Source: Amphiscolops sp. MND2022
Taxonomy: Eukaryota
Assembly (NCBI GenBank): GCA_964187785.1
Contig: OZ076421.1
Span: forward strand, 7,626,001-7,690,000
Length of the DNA: 64,000 nt
Direction of reading: 5' to 3'
Shown in pieces: positions 13,249 through 26,689 of this stretch; position 1 is the first letter of the stretch, and each line of letters opens with the position of its first letter. The position numbers and the translations under genes were made by a program. Under the pieces are notes generated by a model. That model saw only the letters and a program-made list of their open reading frames with translations, was not told the origin of the DNA and did no database searches.

Positions 13249-14517
13249 CTAACCTAACGTCTAAAAGGATATCCTGCTAACTCTCAATTGAAGCAGTTCA
13301 GAAGGAAAATAAATTCCATACTTTAGAAACTTGGGAAATTATATATTCTCATACACAAACATTCTGTGTCTTTTAAAAAGCTGGACCAAACTATCAAATC
13401 AACATAAACACAAAAACATTTTTAAACTTTTTTCAAAAAAACTTGTATAGGTCCGAAAAAACAATCAAATTCCTTTTGAATTGGAATACGTATATAAAAA
13501 TACAAAAAGGGGGACCCTTCTAAGTGATATGTCAGTTTGCAGAAATGATTTTGAATCTTAGATTTTGCAGTATTTTGGTATGAAATGGTCATTTCGACCA
13601 GATTGAATGCAAAAACAAAGCAAAAAGTAGTCACTATATATTTGTTTTCATAAAGCGGCCTAAAACATAGATACTTGGTTCATAATTGCTTTTGATACAT
13701 GCAAAAAGTTATAGCTGAATGCGTCCAAAAACAGCGGCGGGAAACAAAAATTGAGTCTACATGTAGAAGAGGTAAAGTAAAGGAAACTGTGAAAGTACTA
13801 AAAATGAAGTACAGAAATTGAGCATGCAACGTTTAAACATGAATTGAACTGCTGAGAAGTTTTCCATGATGCTTCCATGCACGCACGCCCAATTTTTATA
13901 AAGACATGGAAACTTACAGAGCCTGCTTGCAAAAACTTGGTAGGTTTACAATGCAGCTTCCAATTTTTCACTTAAAACTGAAATTATTTCCATATCTTCA
14001 CAGTCTCGATCAGTTTGTTTGTACATTATATTTCTCGATTATTCAACTTTTGTAACAACCCTTATCCAAATTGCACGCTGAATATGGCGGGACTTTGAAT
14101 TTTATAAAATGATTGAAGTTGAATTTGCAATAAAATAGCGGTAAAATTGATAAGTTTTCAGCTGCATTCAAAAATAGAACTAATGCAAATAAAGTTTGTA
14201 CGACATCATGGCTCCGATTGCCGCCTATTATAGAATGCATTGCTTGGCAACCTTCAAAAACTTGTGAAACGTTCAAGTAATTTCAACCAGGAACGGCTCT
14301 ACACAAGACTGCAATATCATTTTTCAAATATCGGGTAATTTTCGGGAAATTCCAGGAACGTCTAGCTGTGACAAAAAATTATGAACGATGCTCTTTTGAC
14401 AATTTGTGCTCTCTTTAGATTTCAGACGAAAAATATAATAATAGTCGAAATAATATTAAAAATATAATAATATAATAGCCTTATAATAGTCGATCTCCAT
14501 TGTATCCAGTACTTACT

Positions 14518-15040
14518 AACAAGACGGAATCCTGTCAAGGCGGCGCCTCGGTTTAGGCTGGAAACTTTGACTACACAAAGTGTTTTTTCCAGGAAAATTT
14601 CAAAAACATAACAGTGGTGTTTAAAAAATAAAAAAGGAGCCATTTGTGCCCAGAAAACGCTTTCCTCTAAATAAAAACATTTGGAAAAGCACAATTGAGG
14701 AAACCGTTTTTGGAATGATTTTACGTTTCGAAAAAATGCACAATGTGAAAACAGAATGTATGCTAGTAAATCTCAATGGTTTCCTATTTTTACTTTTTCG
14801 GCATTATGCGACATTTTCCAGAAGAAAAAATCCAAACATTTTTTTTCAGAAATAAATGTTTTTTTTCTTGTTCCCAGCTGGGCAAAAGTGGTTTCCGAGC
14901 CTTATCGAGCATAAAAGTCGTTTTGGATGTCTCCAAACTGTTTTCTGAGCTTTTCATAAATACGTCCCGGGCATATTTTGGAAACTTTGCGCTTTTTGAG
15001 CCTCAGGTATAGCGCCGACTTTAGACGTTCTCGTCTTGTT
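14518..15040. mobile_element. Abundant non-autonomous repeat family copy (AACAAG...CTTGTT imperfect TIRs)
   Basis: Begins aacaagacgg...gcggcgcc and ends gcgccgactttagacgttctcgtcttgtt. The 3' part recurs at ~53370-53502. Confidence 0.6.
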
Positions 15041-15664
15041 CACGTTTTACATGAAACGAGTCTCCTTTGTGCATGGCTCTCTTAGTGCCGCAGCAATCAT
15101 CTAGTATCAACTGCAGCTAAATTCTATTTCTAGGACTGAGTTTTGGAGCTAATTTCAGGCATCGTGAGATCTTTCCAACTTCAGTTTACAAAAACTGTTT
15201 GGAGTCAATAAACAAACGCGAAGTTTGTCATGTTCACGTGATTGATGTCGTCCGAGAGACTTCATTTCGTTCTTGTGAATCAATTTGTGGGAGCAATCTA
15301 TTTTTGAGCAACGCTTTTTGGAGTAAAAGAGGCCCAGCTTTTACAGGGGCAAATTTTTTGTAAGATGACAATTAAGGTCGACTTGTCATTGCATTTTAGC
15401 CTAGAAAGCGAAGCCTACTAACAAAGGCCTAAGAATCTTCCCTTTGAATTTTCTGAATTTTCCTCATTCTTACAGCACTTACGAACAAAGAAGCGATCCT
15501 TTTGAAACGTTTCAGGTTTCCTCAGAAGATCCCTATTATGTTTTTGAGACATTACGAAGTGGAATGTCTTTTGTTGCGTTTTTTTAGCACTGTGTGTTTT
15601 TTTGAAAATTTTAGAATTTCATCCAAGAGTCCCCCTTTTATTTTGTTTTTGAATTTTTAGTTAG

Positions 15665-16328
15665 AACAAGCCGAGAACGGCCAAAGTCGGCGCCATATCT
15701 AAGGCTCAAAATTTAAAAGGGGGACCCTTCGGGCTTTGTGAAACTCCAGCTGGTTGCAAAAAATTTTAAAAAAATGAAGGGGGGACCCTTTGGAGACATG
15801 AAAAATTTCCCAAAAAAATTTTTTAATGAGATTTTTGAACAGTGTCACAGTGCCGAAAAATGTAAAAGGGAGGACCCTTTGCGATTTTTTGACATCCATT
15901 GTGTTGCAAAATATCGAAACAAATGAAGGGGGGACCCTCTGGTGCAATTCAAAAAGCTTCAAAAAAGTCGCATAGTGCCGAAAAAAAGTGGGGCTAAGGT
16001 GGGATCTTTAGTGTGTTTTCGAGGTTGTGGACGTCTGTTTTGTTTTTTCTTTTCGTTTTGGACGCGCTTCTGAGGTTGGATTTGTTGAGGTTTGAAGTTG
16101 TTGAGGTTTGAGGTTGTTGAACAAATGAACAAAAAAGTGGACCTTTCGTGTCTAAAAAAACTACCCACTGTAATAGTCGGGCACATTTTCTACTAAAATG
16201 CGCCGACTAAAAAAGCTCTTCCAACGCCTATGAATGTTAATCGGCACTATGAAAACTTCAGCGTTTTTCAAAGATTGACACCTTTGGAGTTTCGATAGGG
16301 GCCCGACATGAGACGCTCTGGTCTTGTT
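15665..16328. mobile_element. Abundant non-autonomous repeat family copy
   Basis: Begins aacaagccgagaacggccaaagtcggcgccatatctaaggctcaaaa and ends cccgacatgagacgctctggtcttgtt. Internal ggggaccc motifs are shared with the other copies. Confidence 0.7.
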
Positions 16329-16489
16329 TTTCATCACACCGCAGCAAAATTTGCTTCATAATTCTTATCTATACGTTTCTGTTTCTGGAAAGAATGGGAA
16401 CGTTCGAGCTCGACTATTTCAACTTCTTGCATTAGCACGCTTCATTTTTTTCTATCTTTTTGCGCGATCTTTTGTTTTAGCTGGTTCGC

Positions 16490-17232
16490 CGTTTTTTAGT
16501 CGACGCTTTTCGTAAAAACTCAGACTTTAGTATTTGCTTTTTTCAAGACCGACGAAGTGACAGATTTTATAAGCTTTATAAGCTGTTGCTTCCACTAACG
16601 AAGGACGTGGGTTCGAGTCTCACACGTTACCAAATTTTTTGTGCATGTTATTTTGGCACTGTGAGACTTTTTTTCGCAACTTTTTTTAATGTCTCCAAAG
16701 GGTCCCCTCTTTGTTTTTTTCAGCGCTATGCCATTTTTTTCCTGAAAAAAGTTCTGATGTACCTTTTTCAAAGCTCAGATATAACTTTTTCAAAGTTCGG
16801 ATTTATCGTTTTCAAAGTTCGAATATAACGTTTCAAAGCTCGGATAAACCGTTTTGAAAGTTCGGATGTAACATTTCCAAAGTTAGGACGTAACGTTTTC
16901 AAAGTTCGGATAGAACGTTTTCAAAGTTCGAATATAACGTTTTTGAACCAAAAAGGTTTATTTTTTCCCGCGTAACATACAATACCGGGCGAGACTAAAT
17001 GGTCCTTAGACTAAACGTTTCAAAAAATTTTCACCAAAGGGTCCCCCTTCAATTTTCTTGATGATTTGCGACAGAATTGATGATAAATCTCAAAGTGTCC
17101 CCCTGGCGCGCCAATCCGGTCCAACTTTTGGGTTTTTGGGGCGCTGTAGAAGAGAATACTTTGACACTTTTAAGTCCTTTTGCTATTTTAGAGCTTTAGA
17201 TATGGCGCCGATTGGGCCGTTCCCGACTTTTT
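16490..17232. mobile_element. Abundant repeat family copy (reverse orientation) containing a 22-bp minisatellite
   Basis: Ends tttagagctttagatatggcgccgattgggccgttcccgac, the reverse complement of the 15665 terminus. Carries a tRNA-like ggttcgagtc box at ~16606. Confidence 0.6.
16764..16945. repeat. 22-bp minisatellite (~8 diverged copies)
   Basis: Consensus ttttcaaagttcggatataacg. Confidence 0.85.
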
Positions 17233-20200
17233 ATTACACAATAGAGGAACCTGTTACATGTCGAAAGCTCGTAAGTCAAAATATCCCAAGTTGAAATCTC
17301 CTAGACGAAAATCCCCTGTTAAAGTTAAAATACTGATATGCTTTTGGCATCTTTTTTGAAAACCGTGGCAATTAGTCGATGAGTCATATTTACTGAACTA
17401 TATTCCATATGTTTGTTTTTCATGAAACACGGATTAAAACTCGTCAATTCAATTTTTATAAACTTTAGCAGTGACTCAAGCAAGCCAAAAGCTGCATCCA
17501 ATTTACTTGATTTTCAATACACGATATCAGATGCAATAACATGTTTATGCAACTATGATTTTTACGTTGTTGGAGCAGCAGCAAAAGGGTAGCCTGTTGC
17601 GAAGGATGAGTCATACACAACTGGAGGTGTTACCAGATGAGCGAAAAGTGCTGGATTTCGAAGTGGTGATGTTCCGGGGCTCGGAATTGGGTGTGAACGC
17701 TGACTCTCCAGAATTCCAAATGCTTGGGGCTTGAAAAAGTCTACTTCGAAGCGAGGGTCTTTCTTCTTTTGTGGTTTCTGTTAAAATTGTGAGTTTGTGG
17801 TTGTTCGAGAATTGAAGTTAGATTACTAATACTTTTCAGGCTACTAAACTCAATTGAAGCAAACGTCCTGTTTGAAAAAACCACAAAGTTTTTTGAAGAC
17901 GTCCGGTCAATACTGAGATTGTTGAATATTATCAAAATGCATGCAAAAAACGTTGGATAAATGCACAGACAAAATTATATGGTACAAATTCCAGTTTCGG
18001 AATTCACAAACTTCAACTATTGCAAAGATTGGAAAAAAATGACAGCTTAGAAATGTTCCTTTTCATTTCCCGTATTAGAAATCTGGGGGAAAAACAGTAT
18101 TAAAATCCTGAAATGTCCAACTAATGACCAAACAACACCATAAAAACAATTCTAGACCGTCGACAAACGCAAGAAAAACCCGCAAAGACCCGTATAAATT
18201 CCCCAAATTTGGAATATAATTAGTGTGCACCCAGAAAAAGCGGATGTTACCAAATTTCGTCGAGAAACTCAGAAATTTTGTTAGATTTTATACTCCGTAT
18301 GGAATAGTTTTCAATTCGAAGTCTCAGCAGCGAGGCTCTTTGATTTCATGTTCTGTTGCCAAAATTGTTGCATATCACGTAATGTTCCAGATATTTGCAG
18401 ATGTTTCATCTGTTAGATCTCATGTTTTCACCAAATTTAGTCAAAAAAGTACTTCAACTAATTGCCGTTTCGAGTCTCGAAAGTATGTAAAGAGGCTTCG
18501 GTGCATTAAAAAGACGATTTTACGTGCTTGAGGGACGAGCTTGGAATTGCAGCGTGCCAGCATTTCGCCTCAGAGTTCTAGAATCAAAAATCTAAAACGT
18601 ATGAAAGGTCCCCAAAGATACGACATTGAAACAGCTGTTTAGGTTTCTGTAAGACTAGGGTCTCTTGTCTAGGCAACCTAATCAACGTCCCAGCTCTAGT
18701 TTGTGATCCTCTTGCAGGATGTTACACAAAAAACAGCATTGAGGTCATAGCTTTTGCAATATCCTGCATAAAACATGCTGTTTCCGTCAGTGGACTACTG
18801 GTTACCACCGCAGAAGATACAGATGCCACCTCAGTGGTCCACAGCATAGGTGACCAGCGGTGAACGACACTTGGTTGCCATCCTGGGCATAAGTTGAAAG
18901 TGATCATTCTAATCGAAAATCTCAAAAAAGTCTCAAAAAGTCTCTCACATCTATACTCTATGTGGAACCAAATAATGAAGGGCTCTTCGGAGTTTACATT
19001 CACATACATCGAATAGTGAGGAATTTGGAGCTCCAGGTTGCGAATGCTTTGGGTCCATCCTGTCATCTTCTCCTCCGCCTCTTTCCATGAGAGGGTTCGA
19101 GTACACAAAAGACGTTTCCTCGTTCATTTCTACCACTGTTGTCACTAAACCAGAGAAGTCAACATAGCAGTAAACTCAATCTCCATTAATGAAACAAATT
19201 TGATTGTTTTTTCCTGACCAAGTTATATCTTCGATTTCCGCATCAATTTTTTTTATTTTGTTGTCTTCCACATCTTATAAACATTTCCATTTAAAAATTT
19301 ATACTTCAAAGTATGATCTCAAAGTATCCGTTTCTTTAGCTACAATTCAATACAACACTGACTACAGTAATATACCTACTAACTTTTCAGGATACAAAGA
19401 ACAAAGGAAAAAATTGGAAAACTGACAGAAAGTTAGATTGAGTGAGAGAATCTAGAGATCAAATATTCAGCGGCTAAAACCTTTTAAACTTTAGATTGTG
19501 AAGGTTTTATCTAATTTTCGTCTCAAACTAATATTAAACTGGTATATTTACTTTTCGACTTGTAAATGTGAAGTGTAATTGTCCCATTCAATGATCCGGT
19601 TGTAACCAAATTGTGACCAAGAGGATAAACCAAAACACACTGAATACAGTACTGTGATTAAGAAAACGTCCACCTATGCGCTGAGCGTCGTTATCAACCA
19701 ATCAGAATTGCTTGTTTGCTGTCACTTTCAATTGTGATTGGGGCATCAAGTGAAATCAAGTGAAAAAAGTGAAAAGAAAGAACACTTCTGCTATTTTCCC
19801 AGTTTTGGCCAAGTTTTCCAAAAATTTTTTGAAAACTTTTAAATTCATAGGTTTCTGCAGATTGTTTAGAGTATAATGATATTTTTGTTGTTTCAAAAAC
19901 ATTCTAAATGAAAAAATAATCGCACTTTTTCACCAGAAAACGATCATTTCCTATCTTGATACATGTAAATCGACAAAATTTCACTTTTCGAGCATGATAT
20001 TTCGAAAACGGTTGATAATTTTTGACCATAGATTCAGTCGATTTGTGCGAGTTATTTGGGCAAAAAACTCACCGAAAAACCGTTGATAAAACGGTCCAAA
20101 ATTGTAACAACGGAAAAAAGTCCCAAATTTGCTCAAAATCAGCTAATAGAAACTCTCTCAATTTTTGTCCCTGAAAATATTTAAGAACACTAAAATAAAC

Positions 20201-21790
20201 TACATGAAATTCTAAGAAACTTTTATTTCTGATATTTTCCAAAATTCTCAACAGAATTTGAGAAAATCGAGCCTAAAATTGTCCGTGGGACGTTTTCTTA
20301 ATCACAGTACTGTGTCTGTTTCGAACTTGACTAATAGAGTCTTGATTCGAGTTGCCGTTGTTGCAAAATAAAACAATGATACTACAAGAAAACCATTTTT
20401 GCTCAGCAAAGTGTTTGAAATAAGAAGCATGAAAAAATTTGTTAGAGAATGCAATATATAAAATAGTTTCCAATGTGCTTGCTTGTATGTATAGTTGGCT
20501 TAAGTTAAAACAAGTTCGTTTCGTAATTTTGGCTACAGTGTGCAATACTTGCAGTGGCCAACATAAATTTTGTACGCCGCATTGCTCTATCCACAAAAAA
20601 TACTCACTTTATGAACGGATGTTACATTTTCAATAGAAATTCTTGTTTAGAGCCAAAGTAATAATCACGGATCAGATTTTGCTGACTAATACTTTAAGAA
20701 AGTAACTTTTGTATCCAAAAAAGAACAATAGAACTCGTGTCTTACCATGTCAGAGTCTAATAAACTTGAATTTAGCAAAAATTGTGGACAAAATTTTTAC
20801 AACCCAAATTCAAATTTTACAACCCAACTTATTTCTAGATTCCTTTTAGATGCTCTTTCTACTACTTTGTGTGATCATTCGTAGTTAAATGAAAAACATA
20901 ATTCTTCACAGGAATATCAAACGACTTAACTAATCCATATCACTACAATATTTGTTGTTCAAAAATGTTTCAAGAGTTACGTAGAATTAAACATGACAAT
21001 TAAATGAATTTAGCTCGCAACTGTCGGCTCCAGACGATTCTTCCAAAAATTCAAAAAATTCTCTGAGCAATAAGTTATCCGGTACAAAGTTTTTTGACAA
21101 GAAAACCTGATTTCTGATTTCCATGAGTAACTCATTCATCGGAAATCCACCTGACAAAAAAAGGTCGAATACAGTAACATTTTGCAAAATACAGTAATTT
21201 TTGCTACTAATGGATTTCAACTTCCAATTATTACTCTGAAATCAATTCTGTGTAAAACATTTCCTAGTTTTTGTCTTTGAAGTACGTGTATTATTTCTTT
21301 GAATGAAAATTTCTCCTCGTCTTTTCGTTCTCCTTCGAAAAATCAAGCTCCTGAAAGGTGGACCAACAAAACAAGAAGGAGCTCTTGGAAAGACAAGTCA
21401 CATTCTGTAGTAAAGGACATCCGCGCTTTTGAAAAAGGAGACACTGACAAGATAGTTGAATAGTTTTTCAAGCTCCCAGTAAACAAGGAAAATTTGAAAG
21501 TCTCATATGAACCTGCGAGTTTTGCCCACACTTTTTCGGTCCGATTTTTTAAGCAAAAGAGTAGATTCTTACATTGACTAGTTTTTTTCAGCTCAACCTG
21601 CATTGTTACTCCTACATTTCCATGTTTGTAGATTCATGACGCTTGGCCTAGTGGCTAGCGTGTATGCCTAGGGAGCAGGTGTTTGTCAGTATTTTTAATA
21701 AGATGTTCTTTCATTAAGTCAACAATGAAATCGAAACGTACGCTTTGTTCAGAATGTCATCGACTGCCAATGTTTCAAAGCCATGGTAAC

Positions 21791-22195
21791 ATGGTGTAGC
21801 GGTACGATCCCCGGCCGGAGCACGGTCGGAGCGGGATCGAATACGGGTGAAGCGGTTTTCGGGAGATCATTTTCTCTGCCTTTTGTACCGTAATAGCCTA
21901 AACAGTTCTGACTCTTTGTCGTCAATCAATTATCCCTTAAGACGTTCTTAACAATTAATGTTTGCAAACATTATGTAATAAAATAATCATGATAGCCAAT
22001 AATGATTTTATTTGATGTGCAGATTTCGAAGTAACGGTGTGCATACTTATATCTAACCTAAAAGCTTCGTTTTATTCCTTCAGTATTAGGCAATAAAGAT
22101 GGCTTTCTACGCTGTGTCTCAACAATCCGACACCTGACCTGACAATTGTATTGAACGAGTGGGCGACCAAGGAACAAGTCTAACACCTGATCAAA
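21791..22195 (+). mobile_element. tRNA-head SINE-like repeat
   Basis: A-box-like atggtgtagcgg and B-box-like ggatcgaat. The body (ttatcccttaag...gctttctacg...cgaca.ctga.ctgacaatt) is shared with 47353-47748 and, 5'-truncated, with ~26035-26252. Confidence 0.5.
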
Positions 22196-25100
22196 CCCAG
22201 GAGCTGCTCTTTTCCCAGTAGAGCTGTCAAAAGGTCATCCCTAGTCAAGATTGCTTGAACTTTTTACATGCTGCATGGAAACACGCAGGCTAATTTTCTT
22301 TACAAAACATGAAAAATTCAGGGAGCATGCATGGAAAAATTTTGTAAAGCTTCCAAGCAACTTGTAAAATGCTTAAAGCACATCCATGCACTTTGAAAAA
22401 ACTTCCAAGCAGTTTACAGAATTTCTTCAAAAATTAGAAAGCAAGAAAACGAAGGCTCCGATCGATCTTGAACCTGGAACTACTTTGGAAAAGTAAATAA
22501 TACGCTTTCTGTTCATCTTAAAGCCTAGTGTATTTCATCAAAGAGTTAATCCATTGGGAAAAATCAATTCACTCATCACAAAAAGAGACAAATAAACACA
22601 GAAAAGACAGTTCATAAGCATTCAATTTTATATGTTATCAAATCACACGAGGTTGCTAAGTCCAAAACTAGTTCGTAGCTTCAGAAATTTTCATAACCAA
22701 ACCTGTTTCCACTTCTCAAACGACTGAAACGTCAGCTAGAACCGTGACCACGTCTGAAACACTCCAGTTGCAAGGGCGACGAGATCAGAAAACTTCCACA
22801 ATTGGAGAGGCTGAAACTAAAGTGTTTCTAAAACATTCGATACTTCGATACAAAGCGAGACAAAAAGCAATGTTTTCAAAGGCATCGGTTCAGGATGAGA
22901 TGTCAAACTAGTCCTCAACATTTTGCTCATTATTTAAATCAAAAGGTTGAAAAAAAAGTTTCGATAAAAGCAAAAACAAGTTCGAATGTTTCAAAAAAAC
23001 TTATGAAAATTTCTCTGACAGTTCCCAAAACAGCTTCGAAATTCCATAGGAAACGCAGAAATGGAAGACAATACCCAAAAATTCCCGATTTCCAAAGCCA
23101 GAGAAGTGAAAATCCAAATTCTACAACTCAAACATCAGTGTTTCTGGAATAACGTCTAAAGGAATAACCTCTAAAATTCAATGTTTTAAGGAAATGAACT
23201 CAGGAACTTCAGAAATGTGACCATTTCTTTCCAATTCGAAATTTTCAAAAAAATTCGATGATTTTCATCAATAACAGTGACAACAATTTGATGATTTGCA
23301 AACAATTTGAATAGAAATGCTCAAAAAAGCCTTTCATAATGTTTTTTCTTAGTTTTTAGAAATTTTGCTCGGATTTCCTGATCAAAAAAAGTTTGAGAAA
23401 ATTTGAAATTTCAACCAATCAAAACAGCGGATTTTGATATTCCGCTCTCAAAGTAGTTCGCTAAAAATACCGTGTAGAACTTCATTAGGAAATTGATTTT
23501 GTTTTTCCAAACCTGAGAAGCTATAAATATTTAGTTTTTCAACAGTAAGCAAGCAAAAAATATCACCAAAGAACTCCCAGTTGTAAAAGTTTGTTTGACG
23601 AATTTGTTCGTTACACTGGCAATTAATTTACGTCTCTTAGTTGCATCTGTGCTTACAAAATTAGACGCTTTGCCCACAAAAACCTACAAAGTTTCGCGGG
23701 TTATTTAGTTTAAATGTCCTTGATGCTGCTCTGAAAACCCACCAAACTGTAGAGAAATCTTGATAAATACCTGAAAAATTAGTTACGCAGCATGAAAACT
23801 TCTCTACGCAGCTCCCAAAAACCTAATAAACTAGCCTTGCAACCTATAAAAGCATGTAAAACTTTTGTGCACTTTCAACTAGGGAACAAACAAACACTTG
23901 AGCTGTGCAAACCGAAGAGGGTGCTCTATGCTATCGCATCAATTCAGCCTATCTACCTCTCTCAGTCCACCAATCAGTGTTACATTGGAAACAGAAAACT
24001 GCGGTCTGGTCAAACAAAACTCCTTCATTTTTGCTCAAAACCGTCCTCAGTTAACTGAGGTGCACATCCAGAGAACTTACCAAGGCAATTCGCCTCCTCA
24101 CGAAAGCCGCCTTTTTCGTTGATTAGCGTTGGTTCCAGATTCCATCGCACTCTGTTGTTTAATAAAAAACTTTCTGATAGCGTCATAGGGTGTAATGGGA
24201 GCGAGATTTTTCTGTAGTTTTCGGGGGTTTTGTCGGGTTTTTTTGATTTGTTTTTCGCAAAAATTTTGGATTTCGCAGCGCTCTAGACAGATCTAAAATA
24301 ACTTCAGAGGGCAAATGAATTTTTTTCTCCCAAGTGATCAAATATCTCCTTCACACTGTTCTCTTCGTGTTGGAGAATTTTCAGTCTCTTGTCATCATCG
24401 CTTCAAACGGCTTCAAAAGGCAAGCTCAGTATATTGAGATGGGAACCTCTTTTTTTTGGTTTTGTCTTTCCGCTTTCCCCATTGGCAATTAGACAGTTTT
24501 CGACCTGGTTATGCGTTACTTTGAACTGTCCGACAGTCTGCGCTGAACAATTCCGTCTCAGATGAACATTGTTACCATCTTCCACGACAAGCGACGAGCT
24601 AATTGATCAATCTCAATGGGTTCAACCATTCAGATCCACTTTTCTGTCTAGCTTCACTAATCTCGTTCAGGAGTTTGTGACTGAGATAATTTTTTTTAAA
24701 AAAAAGGTCAGCTTCCAGTTCTTTTGCTGGGTTTTCAAGGTTGCCTCAGCATCATCGTTCACGAGAATTATGATCCGTTCGGCAGCTTCGTGGAATGTTG
24801 TCATTGGATGCATGTTCGACAGGTCTCAGTCTTGAGTGATCGGTCGAAGTTGAGTCAGTTCTCGGTGTCTTTGGACAAAGCCGCCGTCCAATTGTTTTCC
24901 TGAAGTTGTAATATTGCTGGAATGTTTCCCCGTGAGTAATTACAACTGGTTTCAAATTCAGCAGAACTGGACGATGCCGATACACCAGTATGCCCGGGAG
25001 GACACATTTGGAGCACATTTATTATGGCTTCTTATTGACGAAGATTAGGCCAGGGTTAATATTTTGCCTTGTCTCGAGCTGTAAAAAGAAAGAGGGACTT

Positions 25101-26034
25101 TTCATGACTTGAGCCGATCTTGTCACGTTCATGAATGGACAGGAGCATTTATTCTTCTTTTTCATCTTAATCACTGTGTCTCATAGAGGACGGGACGATG
25201 ACCATTGAAATTGTCTGCCATTGCGGTCTCTCTCAGGGACACCAATGGGTGAGTTCGGTAGGAGGTTGGTAGACTACCTGTACATTGACAGCAGTCTTCA
25301 ACTAGTTCATAGTTTGTTCGATGTCGGTTTTTGACTGTGAGCAGATTGAAAAGTGAGCTTGTCACGTATGTATAATGTCGTGCTTTTCGTGGGGTTGGTT
25401 TTTCTTTTTAAAAGAAGAAGTTCGAGACATATGATCGATTGAGATCTTCCAATGTGGGTTTCTAGCACGCACAGTATGTCGTATTGATTCTATTATCACA
25501 TTTTATTTCTGATTTGGCGTTGGCGGATACATTTTTTGATATTGAAGGATACATTTGTTGGTGCCGATTACGCAATTTCTATGGGCGTGGCGCGATTTAT
25601 GGCCTCTGTTCCGACGGAGGGCGTAGCTTCATTTTTCCTATGATTGTTAATTTTCAATTTGACGACAGCTGCGTTGACAGGAGTAGCCAATATAGGCTGT
25701 TGTCAACGTTCGCGACAGGGACATTTAGCGATTGGCATCAAATCAGAAGTTGATCTCAAACTTTGAGTTACTTGAAGTAACTAATCAGTGGGACTATGTG
25801 GCAACTACTGATGCCAGTACTCGTGACCTGTCATCTGAGTAAACTAGTTGTCTTGAGCACTTAAAGCGATTACGAAGCGATTACCAAAAACACTCAAGAT
25901 TACCAAAAACACCTATAACACTTAAGCGATTACCAAAAATATCTGCGTACATGCTAGCTGTTAGCCAACATCCTGCGGGTTTCGAAAAAACACAAGCACT
26001 TTCGCAGCCCTCATCGGAGGACACGTAAATTAAT

Positions 26035-26252
26035 ATGGGAAATTCGTTGTGCAGATTTTATTTTAGCAGCATGCATACGTAAATCTTCTCTATAGGCTTT
26101 GTGTTATTCAGTATTCCGCTAACGTGATTAATTTATGATCCAAATTCAGCAAAAAAGACAGCTTTCTACGATGTTTTTCGACAACCTGACACCTGAGCTG
26201 ACAATTTTATTCAGCATATTAGCGACCAAAGAACAAGTCTAACCCCTCGATC
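26035..26252 (+). mobile_element. 5'-truncated copy of the SINE-like repeat
   Basis: gtgcagatt...gcatgcatacg...gctttctacgatgtttttcgacaacctgacacctgagctgacaattttattcagc matches ~47560-47748. Confidence 0.55.
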
Positions 26253-26385
26253 ATATATTTTCTGTCTGGTGGAGCAGACACTAAAGCCCGCTTGCCAACA
26301 CTAATGAGTTCAGACACTACTGACACTAGCGCACTTTCACTAAACAATTTCCTGCTCTGTAGATCTAGTTCTAAAATGTCTTGCA

Positions 26386-26687
26386 AGTAGTATATAGGCG
26401 AGCAAGACAGCCAGGGGGTGACGAACCATATGTTTAAGATAGGTTATATATCCGAGAGCCGAGAAGGGTCAACACCCATTGTTTAGCTAGTTTGTCGTTT
26501 GAATCTCGGGAACCCGAGTGCAGGCGGATAACTATAGCGGGTGCGGCTAAATATAGCGGGTGCGGCTAAATATAGCGGGTGCGGCTAAATATAGCGGGTG
26601 CGGCTAAATATAGCGGGTGCGGCTATGTAATTACGGGTGCGGGTATCTTATTGCGGCTACTGCTGTGTCAAAAAGATTGTATTGAAA
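26386..26687 (+). repeat. Left TIR (302 bp) with 5 copies of a 19-bp repeat
   Basis: agtagtatatagg...gattgtattgaaa. tatagcgggtgcggctaaa starts at 26533, 26552, 26571, 26590 and 26609. Confidence 0.93.
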
Positions 26688-26689
26688 CT

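Noticed and set aside
16595-16632. tRNA gene (also the boxes at ~21640, ~21791 and ~54330)
   Set aside because: Only half-tRNA or A/B-box remnants with no full cloverleaf; embedded in dispersed repeats.
20987-21603. Possible minus-strand exons (GGFPMNELLMEIRNQ..., FFEGERKDEEKF...)
   Set aside because: I could not join them into a phase-consistent model without in-frame stops.
24400-25750. Degenerate Ty3/gypsy gag-like remnant on the minus strand
   Set aside because: Coding-like composition and a weak GETFQQYY similarity, but no diagnostic motif or LTR.
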